From: an uncultured Bacilli bacterium
GTDB taxonomy: Bacteria > Bacillota_I > Bacilli_A > RF39 > UBA660
DNA: 64,000 nt
Direction: 5' to 3'
Assembly: GCA_947628435.1 (NCBI GenBank)
Contig: CANQZW010000003.1
Span: forward strand, 4,016-68,015
Part shown: positions 37,931 to 47,856 of the stretch, piece after piece
How the letters are laid out: each line of letters begins with the position of its first letter
Numbering within the stretch: position 1 is the first letter of the stretch
Made by a program: the position numbers and the translations under genes
The notes under the pieces: generated by a model
The model's database searches: none
What the model saw: only the letters and a program-made list of their open reading frames with translations
Told to the model about the DNA's origin: nothing

Positions 37931-39244
37931 TTAAATATCTCCATCCTTTTTATAGTTTGCATCATAATTACTTTCTTCATTTAAATTTTCATCTAAAAAA
38001 TATATCAATGCATCTAATGATACCATTTCTTCTTCTTTAGTATTATTATTTTTTATTTTAACCTCATTATTTTTTAAATCATTGTCATTAAGAACGATCG
38101 TAAATTTACTATTTAATCTATCTGCTTGCTTAAATTGTGCTTTTAAGCTTCTATTTAAATAATCAGTTTCAACTATAAAACCATGCATTCTAAGATCATT
38201 TGATAAATATGCAGCATATTTTTTTTCATCCTCACTTACGTAAAGTAAAAACAAATCAACGCTATCATTTACCAAAATATCTATGTTTTCTTTTTCTAAT
38301 GCTAGCATTAATCTATCAAAACCTGATGCAAATCCAATAGCAGCGGTCTTTGGCCCTCCTAATTGCTCTACCATATAATTATATCTACCACCGCCACCAA
38401 TAACGTTTTGAGAACCAAATCCTTGTACTTTAGCTTCTATTTCAAATACAGTATGATTATAGTAATCCAAACCTCTTACTACCGTAGGATCAACTACATA
38501 ATCAATTCCCATAACTTCTAGATATTCCTTTACTTTTTCAAATCTTTTTCTTGATTCATCGTTTAAATAATCAATTGTTTTTGGAGCCATCTTCATTATG
38601 TCTTTATCTTTATCTACTTTACAATCAATTATTCTAAGAGGATTTTTTTCTAATCTTTCGTGACAATCTTCACATAATTCATTTATGTGTGGCTTAAAAT
38701 ACTCTATTAATGCATTTCTATAATTATTCCTTGATGTTTCATCTCCAAGAGAATTAATATTAACCTTTATTTGTTTTAATCCTAATACTTTATATATGTT
38801 AACCGCAAGTGATATTATTTCAGCATCAGACATTGGATCATCTGTTCCTAGTATTTCCATACCAAATTGAGTAAGTTCTCTTAACCTTCCTGCTTGAGGT
38901 CTTTCATAACGATACATTGGCATATTATAATAAAGTTTAGTTGGTTTATTATCATTTCCATACATTTTATTTTCAATATAACATCTTACTACTCCCGCTG
39001 TCCCCTCGGGCCTTAATGTCATATTTCTTCCACCACGATCTATAAAATCGTACGTTTCTTTAGTTACTATATCAGTTGTTTGTCCAACACCTCTATGAAA
39101 TAATTCACTAGATTCAAATACGGGTGTACGTATAAAATCATAGTTATACTTTTCCATTACTTCATCAATTACTTTAGATACATATTGCCATTTTTTAGCC
39201 TCAACTCCGTAAATATCTTTTGTTCCTTTCGGTTTTGTTATCAT
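37931..39244 (-). CDS. hisS: histidine--tRNA ligase
   Basis: KGTKDIYG, LRPEGTAGVVR, YYNMPMYRYERPQAGRLREL.QFG, GGGRY, AIGFASGFDRL. Confidence 0.95.
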   Translation of the reverse strand: MITKPKGTKDIYGVEAKKWQYVSKVIDEVMEKYNYDFIRTPVFESSELFHRGVGQTTDIVTKETYDFIDRGGRNMTLRPEGTAGVVRCYIENKMYGNDNKPTKLYYNMPMYRYERPQAGRLRELTQFGMEILGTDDPMSDAEIISLAVNIYKVLGLKQIKVNINSLGDETSRNNYRNALIEYFKPHINELCEDCHERLEKNPLRIIDCKVDKDKDIMKMAPKTIDYLNDESRKRFEKVKEYLEVMGIDYVVDPTVVRGLDYYNHTVFEIEAKVQGFGSQNVIGGGGRYNYMVEQLGGPKTAAIGFASGFDRLMLALEKENIDILVNDSVDLFLLYVSEDEKKYAAYLSNDLRMHGFIVETDYLNRSLKAQFKQADRLNSKFTIVLNDNDLKNNEVKIKNNNTKEEEMVSLDALIYFLDENLNEESNYDANYKKDGDI

Positions 39245-39433
39245 TTTAACGCTCCTTTCTATAAAAAAGAGCTCTTATATTATAGGGGTGAACGAAAAGT
39301 CCACGGTGCCACCCTACTTCACTAAGTGCTCTTAATTTCAATTTATATGCTGTCATGCTTTTATTTATATTGTAAGCTGTCACTCTTACTAAAAACACAA
39401 TTATATTTTAGTATATTTTATCTAGATAGTCAA
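39245..39433 (-). promoter_or_regulatory. T-box leader of the hisS-aspS operon (short form) with its promoter
   Basis: Minus strand: TTGACT (39428-39433), 17 nt, TAAAAT (39405-39410). T-box AGGGUGGCACCGUGG (about 39302-39316). Antiterminator AGGG/UGGCACC/GUGGAC-UUUUC-GUUCAC/CCCU. Only about 85-95 nt separate the predicted start from the T-box. CAUGAC (His and Asp codons) lies in the leader. No hairpin plus U-run terminator follows. Confidence 0.8.
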
Positions 39434-39474
39434 TATTTTAAATAATAACTTAAATAACTTTACAAAAAGATGGC

Positions 39475-41184
39475 TTATCTAAAGCCACCTCCACCTGATC
39501 CTCCACCGAAGGAACCGCCGCCTCCGCCACCAGCAGAGAATCCACCTCCACCAGAGGAATAGTTTCTTGCCCTTTGCATCGAAGATGTTGCGGTATTCAT
39601 ACTACTATAACTTAGCATATTTATAAATAATATATCATTTATCGTATAACCATAGTTATTATTTTCTAATAACTCAGGATATAATTTTTTAAATTGTTTT
39701 GCTACTTTATCTGCTATACCAAGTATTTGAGCATATATTAAATAATACTCCCACATATTAACTTCAATAGCTTCTTTATCATCTATTCTTGAAAACTCTT
39801 CTAAAAAGTTTTTTAAACCTTTTAATTTGATTGCATCATCTTTTAATGATGGATCTACTTTATACACTTTTGAACTAAATATTTTAAAAGTTTTTTTAAT
39901 GGTAAAAATAATTTTTCCTTCATCTATAAATTTATTACTTTGATAGTCTAATACTTCATCAAACCATGAAAGAATCTCATCATAATTATCTTTACACCAT
40001 TTTTCAAACTCTTTTGATTCTAACATTCCATCTTTACTTGCTTCTTTCATCATTTTATATAGTTTTAATTCTAGTATGTTATCAAATACTTCATTTTTTC
40101 CTAAATCAATTACTGTTTCTTCCTTATTTTTAAACAATCCCGCTGGAGCTTTAGTTATAGATATTTTCTTTTGCATAAGCCATTTTAATAATATAGCTCC
40201 AAAGAAATCTGTTTTTTTCTTATTTAATTTATAACTTTGTGCAATCCAGAAAGTTTTATAAATATCTTTGTTAAATGGTATTTCACGTATGTTAGGTATA
40301 TCTTTTGGTAACTTTTTACCATCGGCAAATTCAAGTATTTTACTACCAACTTTATTATTAGAGTTCTTAAATGTTTTTGCAAATATAAATAACATTACTG
40401 TCCAAAACACAAATTGGAAAAACATAACAATAAACGCTATAATTGAATCAATTTTTTCTTGCTCTTTATACTTTTTTGCACCTTCATTTGCCATATTTAA
40501 ATAATAATCAAAATTATTATTTAAAGTATTATAAGTATTAAACGTTCCTTTATCAAATTTTACAAGTATTGTCATATATTCATTACTATTTAAAGAACCT
40601 TCAGAATTCATTTCAATGTATCCATTATATACGTATGCGCTACCACCATAATTACCATAACCCCAAACAGGTAATTTATCATCAAAATAATTATCATTAT
40701 ATATCTTGATATGAACATTACTAGGTTTTGAGGATAATTTTTGTGGAATTAACTCCCAATAAATCATATCAGCATCATCTAAAGTTGATACAAAGCCTTC
40801 AATGTCATAAGTAAGAACATAATTATGATATCCATATGATGATATACCCCAACATAACTCTACACCATCAGATATATAATTAATTCCGTTTTTATACGCT
40901 TTATTTTCAAAATCATCATTGGTATTCCAATAATCTTCATAATTATAAGTTCTGCCATTTTCTTTAACTTTAAAATTAGTTATTTTAGCATTACCTAAAT
41001 TATAATAAGGTTTATACCCTTCTGTACCCTCATTTAAATTAGCACTCCATGTTTCGGTTATATGAGCTGTTCCATTATTATCTAAGTATATATCCATATT
41101 AATATTTGATATGCTATTTGCCTTAATTGATATTGGTATTAAAAGAAAAACTAATAAAATTACATAACTTAATATTCGTTTCAT
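39475..41184 (-). CDS. DUF2207 domain membrane protein with Gly-rich C-terminus
   Basis: Signal peptide, NMDIYLDNNGTAHITETW... N-domain, central TM segments, terminal SSGGGGFSAGGGGGGSFGGGSGGGGFR. Confidence 0.85.
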   Translation of the reverse strand: MKRILSYVILLVFLLIPISIKANSISNINMDIYLDNNGTAHITETWSANLNEGTEGYKPYYNLGNAKITNFKVKENGRTYNYEDYWNTNDDFENKAYKNGINYISDGVELCWGISSYGYHNYVLTYDIEGFVSTLDDADMIYWELIPQKLSSKPSNVHIKIYNDNYFDDKLPVWGYGNYGGSAYVYNGYIEMNSEGSLNSNEYMTILVKFDKGTFNTYNTLNNNFDYYLNMANEGAKKYKEQEKIDSIIAFIVMFFQFVFWTVMLFIFAKTFKNSNNKVGSKILEFADGKKLPKDIPNIREIPFNKDIYKTFWIAQSYKLNKKKTDFFGAILLKWLMQKKISITKAPAGLFKNKEETVIDLGKNEVFDNILELKLYKMMKEASKDGMLESKEFEKWCKDNYDEILSWFDEVLDYQSNKFIDEGKIIFTIKKTFKIFSSKVYKVDPSLKDDAIKLKGLKNFLEEFSRIDDKEAIEVNMWEYYLIYAQILGIADKVAKQFKKLYPELLENNNYGYTINDILFINMLSYSSMNTATSSMQRARNYSSGGGGFSAGGGGGGSFGGGSGGGGFR

Positions 41185-41223
41185 ATTAACCTCCTAAATA
41201 AAAAGTCTACTATAAATAGCAGA

Positions 41224-41775
41224 CTAAAACTTAACTTGTACGTTTTTTCTTTCTTCTTCAGTAGCCTCAAAAAAAGCCTCAGGTTTAAATCCAAAGATAT
41301 TAGCTACTATATTTGATGGAAACATATCAAGTTTATTTTTATAAGTTAGTACTGAGTCATTATAAAACTGTCTTGCAAATCTTATTTTTTCCTCTACTTC
41401 ATTTAACTTGTTTTGTAAATTAATAAAGTTTTCGTTAGCTTTTAAATCAGGATAACTTTCTGCAAGAGCAAATAACCTTCCTAAAGCTTGAGTAACCTCA
41501 TTAGATGCTTTTATTTGTTCTTCTTTAGTATTTGCAGACGTTGCTTTACTTCTTGCATTAATAACATCATTAAGCGTTTGTTTTTCGTGCTTTGCATATC
41601 CTTTTACAGTTTCAACGATGTTTGGTATTAAATCATTTCTATTTTTTAATACCACATCAATTTGTGACCATTGGTCTTTTACCTTATTTCTTAGACTTAC
41701 TAACGAATTATACGTACCAACAACATATAATAGTAATAACACAACAATTACGATTGCAATAATTATACCTATCAT
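41224..41775 (-). CDS. lemA: LemA family protein
   Basis: N-terminal TM, then YNSLVSLRNKVKDQWSQIDVVLKNRNDLIPNIV...ESYPDLKANENF..LQ..L...E..I...R..YN. Confidence 0.9.
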   Translation of the reverse strand: MIGIIIAIVIVVLLLLYVVGTYNSLVSLRNKVKDQWSQIDVVLKNRNDLIPNIVETVKGYAKHEKQTLNDVINARSKATSANTKEEQIKASNEVTQALGRLFALAESYPDLKANENFINLQNKLNEVEEKIRFARQFYNDSVLTYKNKLDMFPSNIVANIFGFKPEAFFEATEEERKNVQVKF

Positions 41776-41830
41776 TTTATCCTCCTATAATAGTATTATA
41801 TAATATATATTATCAAAAATAAATATAAAA

Positions 41831-42889
41831 TTATATTTTTGATTTAACTTTTTTTATTTTAGATGAAATCTCATTTTTATATGATCTTACGATAGCCATT
41901 ATAATAATTGTTAAAGGAACAGATATAACTATTCCTGAAAATCCAAATAATTTACCTCCTGCAAATACGGCAAAAATAGTAAGTAAAGGTGGTATTTGAT
42001 TAGTTTTACCATATATTTTAGGAGAAATGATATAGCCATCAATATTTGGAAAAATAACAGTTATTATAAGAGTTAAAATAAATAATTTAGAAGATATTAC
42101 CGATGCAATTAATAATGCAATTACGTTTGTTATAATACCTCCAAAATAAGGAATTATAGTAGTAATACTTGCTAATACACCTATTAATAAGAAATTAGGA
42201 TGACCAATTATTAAAAATAAAATTGTATATTCAAAAAACTGAATAAGCATAAAAATTCCAAGGCCTTTTAAATAAGATGTAATTTCTTTATCAATGTTAT
42301 GAAGTAAATGATATTTTTTCAAATTATTTTTCATAACTATTTTTTTGATTTTAAGTCTTATTTTTGGCATATCAATCAAAAAATAAATTGATGCAACTAA
42401 GATAATTATAAATTTTGATATGTAATCAACTGATTTACTTAATAAAGGAATAAATGAACCACTAGATAAAAACTCACCAATAGTTTTTATAATCTTTGAT
42501 AAATACATATTAATCGTATCATTAATTACTTTCGTATCAATATTATATTTTGATGCTAAATCAGTAGATATTTTTCCTAAACTAGATAATAAATTTACTA
42601 ATTGGTTAAAAAATAATGGTACCACGTAATAAATAGTTAGTCCAACAATTAATAATATAACAGACATTATAATAATAATTGATATTGCCTTAGGTATTTT
42701 TTTACTCATTAAAAATTTCAAAAACGGATATAAAATATAAGATATAGAAAATGCAATTATAAATGGTAATATAATAGCAATTATTTTAGTTAACACACCA
42801 ATCCATAAACTACGCATTAAAAACAATAAATATACTATTGCCAAAATAAGTAAAAGATTTAGATATTTATAATTAGTTTTTTCTTTCAT
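41831..42889 (-). CDS. AI-2E family transporter (UPF0118/PerM-like)
   Basis: 352 aa with about 8 TM. Family-typical layout with C-terminal IPPLLTIFAVFAGGKLFGFSGIVISVP. Overlaps the dtd stop by 4 nt. Confidence 0.75.
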   Translation of the reverse strand: MKEKTNYKYLNLLLILAIVYLLFLMRSLWIGVLTKIIAIILPFIIAFSISYILYPFLKFLMSKKIPKAISIIIIMSVILLIVGLTIYYVVPLFFNQLVNLLSSLGKISTDLASKYNIDTKVINDTINMYLSKIIKTIGEFLSSGSFIPLLSKSVDYISKFIIILVASIYFLIDMPKIRLKIKKIVMKNNLKKYHLLHNIDKEITSYLKGLGIFMLIQFFEYTILFLIIGHPNFLLIGVLASITTIIPYFGGIITNVIALLIASVISSKLFILTLIITVIFPNIDGYIISPKIYGKTNQIPPLLTIFAVFAGGKLFGFSGIVISVPLTIIIMAIVRSYKNEISSKIKKVKSKI

Positions 42890-43332
42890 ACTAACTCCTT
42901 ACTATCAATTATAATAGTTACTGGTCCATCATTTAACAAGCTAACTTTCATATCAGCACCAAACATACCAGTTTCTACATTTATATTATATTTTTTTAAT
43001 TCATAATTAAACATATCATATAATTTATTTGCATCATTAAATGCCATAGCCTTTGAAAAAGAGGGCCTTCTGCCATCTAACTTAGCATAAAGAGTAAATT
43101 GTGAAATTGATAATATACTACCATTTACCTTGCTTATATCAAGATTCATTTTATTATTTTCATCTTCAAAAATTCTTAATGTTGCTATTTTCTTAGCAAT
43201 TTTTTTAACAATGTTTTCATCATCATCAAAACTAAATGCGGTAAAAAGGACATATCCCTTATCTATTTTACCAATTATTTTATTATCTACTAAAACGCTT
43301 GCGTTTTTACATCTTTGAACTACAACACGCAT
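42886..43332 (-). CDS. dtd: D-aminoacyl-tRNA deacylase
   Basis: MRVVVQRCKNASV...SQFTLYA....GRRPSF......A..LY..F..., NDGPVTIIIDS. Confidence 0.92.
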   Translation of the reverse strand: MRVVVQRCKNASVLVDNKIIGKIDKGYVLFTAFSFDDDENIVKKIAKKIATLRIFEDENNKMNLDISKVNGSILSISQFTLYAKLDGRRPSFSKAMAFNDANKLYDMFNYELKKYNINVETGMFGADMKVSLLNDGPVTIIIDSKELV

Positions 43333-45491
43333 TATTTATTACCCCTTTCAACAGAAGTTACGTATGGTAATTGTCCTATTATTGAAATGTATTTATTAAG
43401 ACTTTCAATATCTTCAATTAATATATCAATATCAAAGATATTATAATTGGTGTTAGTTATTGTATTAACACTTTTTATACCAATGTTTAAAGAAGTAGTT
43501 TTAGAAATAATATCTAAAAGTAAATTATCTTTCTTTTGAGTATAAATTAAAATATTAGTTACATATTTTCTTGAGCTATTTAAATTCCATTTAACCTCTA
43601 TTATACGTTCTGTTGCATCACATATGTTATGACAGTTACTTCTATGAATGGTTATACCATTTCCTTTTGATATGTAACCAATTATTTGATCACCTTTTAC
43701 GGGCATACAGCACCCACCAAAACTTACCTTCAAATCACTTATACCATCTACTATTATTTCTTTTGTAGCTTGCATTTGATTAGATGAATATTTAAGAACT
43801 TTATCTAAAACACTTTTCTCTTCATCTTCTTTACCCATAACAATTTTAATTATAGAAGTAGGATTATACTTACCTATTCCAATTTCATAATATAGTTCGT
43901 TTTCAGTATTCAAATTAAGTTCATTAAGTATTATAGAAATGTTTTTTTGTGATAATACTTCATTTATTGATAGTTTTTTTCTTCTTATTGTTTTAAGTAA
44001 CTGTTCTTTTCCGTTTGAAATTAATTCATCTTTATCTACCTTGCTAAAGAAAGCTTTAATTTTATTTTTAGCACCAGCTGTATAAGCAATATTTAACCAT
44101 TCTTTTGATGGACCTTTATTATTTTTATTCGTGTTTATTTTAACAATATCGCCATCTTTTAATTTATAATCCAAAGCAACAATGTTATTATTTACAATAG
44201 CCCCTACCATTTGATGCCCAACAGATGTGTGAACGCGATATGCAAAATCAATGGGGGTTGATCCAATTGGAAGTTCAAAAACGTCTCCTTTTGGTGTATA
44301 AACATAAATATTATTAGTGTTAAAGACCTCATTTTTTACGGTATTAACTAATTCTTCTTCACCAACTTGTTGTTCGTTTAATTCAATAATTGACCTAAAT
44401 GATTGTAATTTTTGTTCCATTGCATTTGTTTTGTTAACACCATTTTCTTTATATGACCAGTGAGATGCAAAACCATATTCTGCTATTTTATCCATATCAA
44501 AGGTTCTTATTTGTATTTCAAATAATTTACCATCAACACCAAAAACCGTAGTATGTAATGACTGATATCCGTTAGTCTTAGGTCTTGCTATATAATCTTT
44601 AAATCTTTTTGGAACAGGTTTATATTTAGCATGTATAAGGCCAAGAGCTAAATAACACTCTGCCTCAGTATTAACTAAAAATCTTAATGCTAAAATATCA
44701 TATATTTCACTGAACTTTTTACCCTTATTTAGCTTATTATATATGCTATATACACTTTTTGTTCTACCTTTCATTTCATGAAAGATATTATTATCAGTTA
44801 ATATTTTAGAGACGCTTTGCATCATTTCATTTACCGAATTATCAAGTTCACTTCTTGATTCACTTAACTTTTCTAAAATATCATTATAAATATCTGGTTT
44901 ATAATATTTAAGACATAAATCCTCAAGCTCGCTTTTGATATGATTTATTCCTAAACGATGTGCAATTGGAACAAGAATCTCAAGAGTTTCTTTAGCCTTT
45001 TCTTTTCTTTTTCTTTCTGGAATAGCCCATAGTGTTCTCATGTTATGAAGTCTATCTGCTATTTTTAATATAATTATACGAACATCTTCTGACAATCCAA
45101 CTAAAATTTTTTTATAATAAGAAATTAAAGCTTCGTTATCCGCAGATAACGATAATTTATTTATCTTAGAAATTCCGTCTACAAGTTTTTTAATCTCCTT
45201 GCCAAATTCTTTTTCAACCTCTTCGATAGTAACATCAGTAAAATTAATAACGTCATGTAAAAGTGCCGTTGAAAGAGTTTGACTATCAGCATACATTTGA
45301 GTAAGTATATAAGCAACATTAAGAGGATGAAGCATATAATCATCGCCAGTTAATCTTAACTGCCCAAAATGAGCCTTATTAGCAAACGCATAAGCTTTTT
45401 TTATAAGATTAATATCATCATCATTTTTAATATAACTACGTGCTTTAATTAATAAATCTTCAAGCGTATATGCTTCTTCTTGCTGTTTCAT
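43332..45491 (-). CDS. relA: bifunctional (p)ppGpp synthetase/hydrolase (Rel/RSH)
   Basis: HD hydrolase domain (HPLNVAYIL...LLHDV), synthetase (YDILALRFLV, GYQSLHTTV, EIQIRT), TGS (IYVYTPKGDVFELP.GSTPIDFAY), ACT-like C-terminus. Confidence 0.95.
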   Translation of the reverse strand: MKQQEEAYTLEDLLIKARSYIKNDDDINLIKKAYAFANKAHFGQLRLTGDDYMLHPLNVAYILTQMYADSQTLSTALLHDVINFTDVTIEEVEKEFGKEIKKLVDGISKINKLSLSADNEALISYYKKILVGLSEDVRIIILKIADRLHNMRTLWAIPERKRKEKAKETLEILVPIAHRLGINHIKSELEDLCLKYYKPDIYNDILEKLSESRSELDNSVNEMMQSVSKILTDNNIFHEMKGRTKSVYSIYNKLNKGKKFSEIYDILALRFLVNTEAECYLALGLIHAKYKPVPKRFKDYIARPKTNGYQSLHTTVFGVDGKLFEIQIRTFDMDKIAEYGFASHWSYKENGVNKTNAMEQKLQSFRSIIELNEQQVGEEELVNTVKNEVFNTNNIYVYTPKGDVFELPIGSTPIDFAYRVHTSVGHQMVGAIVNNNIVALDYKLKDGDIVKINTNKNNKGPSKEWLNIAYTAGAKNKIKAFFSKVDKDELISNGKEQLLKTIRRKKLSINEVLSQKNISIILNELNLNTENELYYEIGIGKYNPTSIIKIVMGKEDEEKSVLDKVLKYSSNQMQATKEIIVDGISDLKVSFGGCCMPVKGDQIIGYISKGNGITIHRSNCHNICDATERIIEVKWNLNSSRKYVTNILIYTQKKDNLLLDIISKTTSLNIGIKSVNTITNTNYNIFDIDILIEDIESLNKYISIIGQLPYVTSVERGNK

Positions 45492-45516
45492 CTTTATCCT
45501 CCTATTATTTTATATT

Positions 45517-47685
45517 TTACTTTTTTAGTTTTCTTTTTTCAAATAAATACCACAATTGTCCTGCTAAAAATACAGATGAATATAATCCTGCTACAAGACC
45601 AAAAATTAATGCAATATTAAATGGCAAGATACTTTTTGATCCTAAAATAATCAAACAAATTACTGGTATTAAAGTAGTAATCGTAGTATATATAGAACGA
45701 GTTACCGTATCAGATATACTTTTATTTACTACCTGTTTTAACGCATCACTATTAAGTTTACTTTTATTAGAACTTATATTTTGTCTTATTCTATCAAAAA
45801 CTACTATCGTATTATTTATTGAATATCCAATAATCGTTAGTAATGCTGCTATGAAAATAACATTCACCTCAATTTTTAATAGTGAAAATAATATCATTAC
45901 AAATAAAACATCATGAACCAATGCTAAAATAGATGAAATAGCATAACTAAACTTAAATCTAATTGAAATATATATAACTATTGCAATAGATGCTATTAAA
46001 ACTGAAAAAATAGCATTTTTAACAAGTTCTTGTTTAACAATATTAGTTACAACATTTATCTGTAAAGTGGCATTATATTTATCTTTAAAGTAGTTATTTA
46101 ATTTATTAATTCCTTTTTCCTTTAACTCATTATCCAATTTTACATATATTTCATCATTTTCTTGTTTATTTATTGAAACAATTTTATAACCTAACTTATC
46201 AAAATCAGTTTTTACTTTTTCAACCGTAAGATTACGAGCCTTTATAGTAGCATCAGTACCTGCTCTAAAGTCAATACCTAAATTAAACTTATTAACTAAT
46301 AATATAACAATACCAATAACTACGTAAGTAATAGATACCATAAAGCATTTTTTAAGAATTTTAATAGAATCTATTTTAAGTTCTTTACCAGTATTTTTAC
46401 GTTTTTCATAACCTTTATATTTTATAAAACTATTTGGTTTTTTATTAAAATACTGCGTATTAACAAATGCTTTTAATATCTTTCTACTTATAAATACCAT
46501 TATAAACATAGTTGAAAAAATAGTAATTATTAACATAGTTGCAAAACCTTTAATTTGATCTTCTCCAAATATAAATAATACTATTGCAACAATTAAAGTA
46601 GTTACGTTTGCGTCAAATATTGAACTCCAAGACTCACTATTACCAAGTTCATAAGCATTATTTAAGCTTACTTTTTTAGATAATTCTTCTTTTATTCTTT
46701 CGTTAGTAATAACACAAGAATCAACTGCCATACCAATACCAAGGACTAAGGCTGCAATTCCAGGAAGAGTTAAAACACCGCCTATTAACCAAAAAACACC
46801 CATTACTAATAACATGTATAAAAGTAAAGTAACACCTTGTACAAAACCAATAAACTTATACATAATACTCATAAATACTATAACTAATAACATTCCAATT
46901 ATTCCTGCTACAAGAGTTTTACTTAAAGTACCCTCTCCATATGAGGCATTAACATTTTGAGATGAAATCTCAGTTAGTTTGGTAGTTATTGACCCAGCGT
47001 TAATGCTTGTTGCAAGACTTTCAGCCTCTTCTTTAGTAAAATTACCAGTTATTATTACATCACTTGAAAATCCTTGTGAAACAGTTGCGGCAGATAAACA
47101 TACGCTTTGGTTATCACCACAAGTTTCTTTGTCTTTAGCGTAAGAATTTACTCCATTTTCAAAATTATACCAAATAACCATTAAGTTATTTCCATCTGAT
47201 TTTTCACTTACTAAAGTTGTTGCTTCTAAGAATTTTTCTTTATCCTTAACTAATAAAGAAATAGCAGGTTTACCAGATTCATCATATGATAATTTAGCAC
47301 CTTTTATAACACTAGAATCCATTAGTAACTTATCGTTAGTATCCCTAAAAGATACGTTTGCAACGTTTGACAATACTTTTCTTGCATTTTCAATATCAGT
47401 TACTCCAGCCAATTTTACCCTTATTCTATCTTTTCCTTCCAACGTTATTTCTGGTTCTGAAACCCCAAGTGAATCAACGTTTCTTTTTAAAACATCATAC
47501 GTACTATTTACATCACTTGATGTTAATTTTTTACCATCACTTCTTTTTACTTGATATAAAACCTCAAAGCCACCTTTTAAATCAAGACCAAATTTCATAT
47601 CCTTAAAAAGAGGTACGTATACTAAGCTAAATAAAATAATACATACAAAAAATATTAATAATCTTTTTATAAATTTTTTTTTCAT
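45517..47685 (-). CDS. secDF: protein translocase subunit SecDF (fused)
   Basis: 722 aa. GLDLKGGFEVLYQV, periplasmic-type domain, two 6-TM halves with RND-like motifs (AIALVLGIGMAVDSCVI; LIPVICLIILGS). Confidence 0.93.
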   Translation of the reverse strand: MKKKFIKRLLIFFVCIILFSLVYVPLFKDMKFGLDLKGGFEVLYQVKRSDGKKLTSSDVNSTYDVLKRNVDSLGVSEPEITLEGKDRIRVKLAGVTDIENARKVLSNVANVSFRDTNDKLLMDSSVIKGAKLSYDESGKPAISLLVKDKEKFLEATTLVSEKSDGNNLMVIWYNFENGVNSYAKDKETCGDNQSVCLSAATVSQGFSSDVIITGNFTKEEAESLATSINAGSITTKLTEISSQNVNASYGEGTLSKTLVAGIIGMLLVIVFMSIMYKFIGFVQGVTLLLYMLLVMGVFWLIGGVLTLPGIAALVLGIGMAVDSCVITNERIKEELSKKVSLNNAYELGNSESWSSIFDANVTTLIVAIVLFIFGEDQIKGFATMLIITIFSTMFIMVFISRKILKAFVNTQYFNKKPNSFIKYKGYEKRKNTGKELKIDSIKILKKCFMVSITYVVIGIVILLVNKFNLGIDFRAGTDATIKARNLTVEKVKTDFDKLGYKIVSINKQENDEIYVKLDNELKEKGINKLNNYFKDKYNATLQINVVTNIVKQELVKNAIFSVLIASIAIVIYISIRFKFSYAISSILALVHDVLFVMILFSLLKIEVNVIFIAALLTIIGYSINNTIVVFDRIRQNISSNKSKLNSDALKQVVNKSISDTVTRSIYTTITTLIPVICLIILGSKSILPFNIALIFGLVAGLYSSVFLAGQLWYLFEKRKLKK

Positions 47686-47856
47686 ATTTTACCATCCTTC
47701 TTTAATAATTAATAAACATTAGCTACAAAACAATTATATAACATATTATTCTAAAATCAAAGATAAAACCTAAAAAAACTATAAATTTTAAGTTCATAAA
47801 AATTATAAATATATTTAATTATTGTAAATTAATAATTAGAAATCATATAATTTAAC

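Noticed and set aside
39475-39560. G+C-rich repetitive stretch (ccacc/ccgcc runs) at the 3' end of the DUF2207 gene, considered as a possible repeat element
   Set aside because: It simply encodes the Gly-rich C-terminal tail (GGGGFSAGGGGGGSFGGGSGGGGF) on the minus strand, in frame with the gene.
45470-45916. 148-aa ORF antisense to the 3' end of secDF, and 138-aa and 143-aa ORFs antisense to the flippase (48036..48452) and the kinase-like gene (61217..61648)
   Set aside because: Same reasoning as above. They are long only because the sense genes avoid the codons whose reverse complements are stops. No independent signals were seen.
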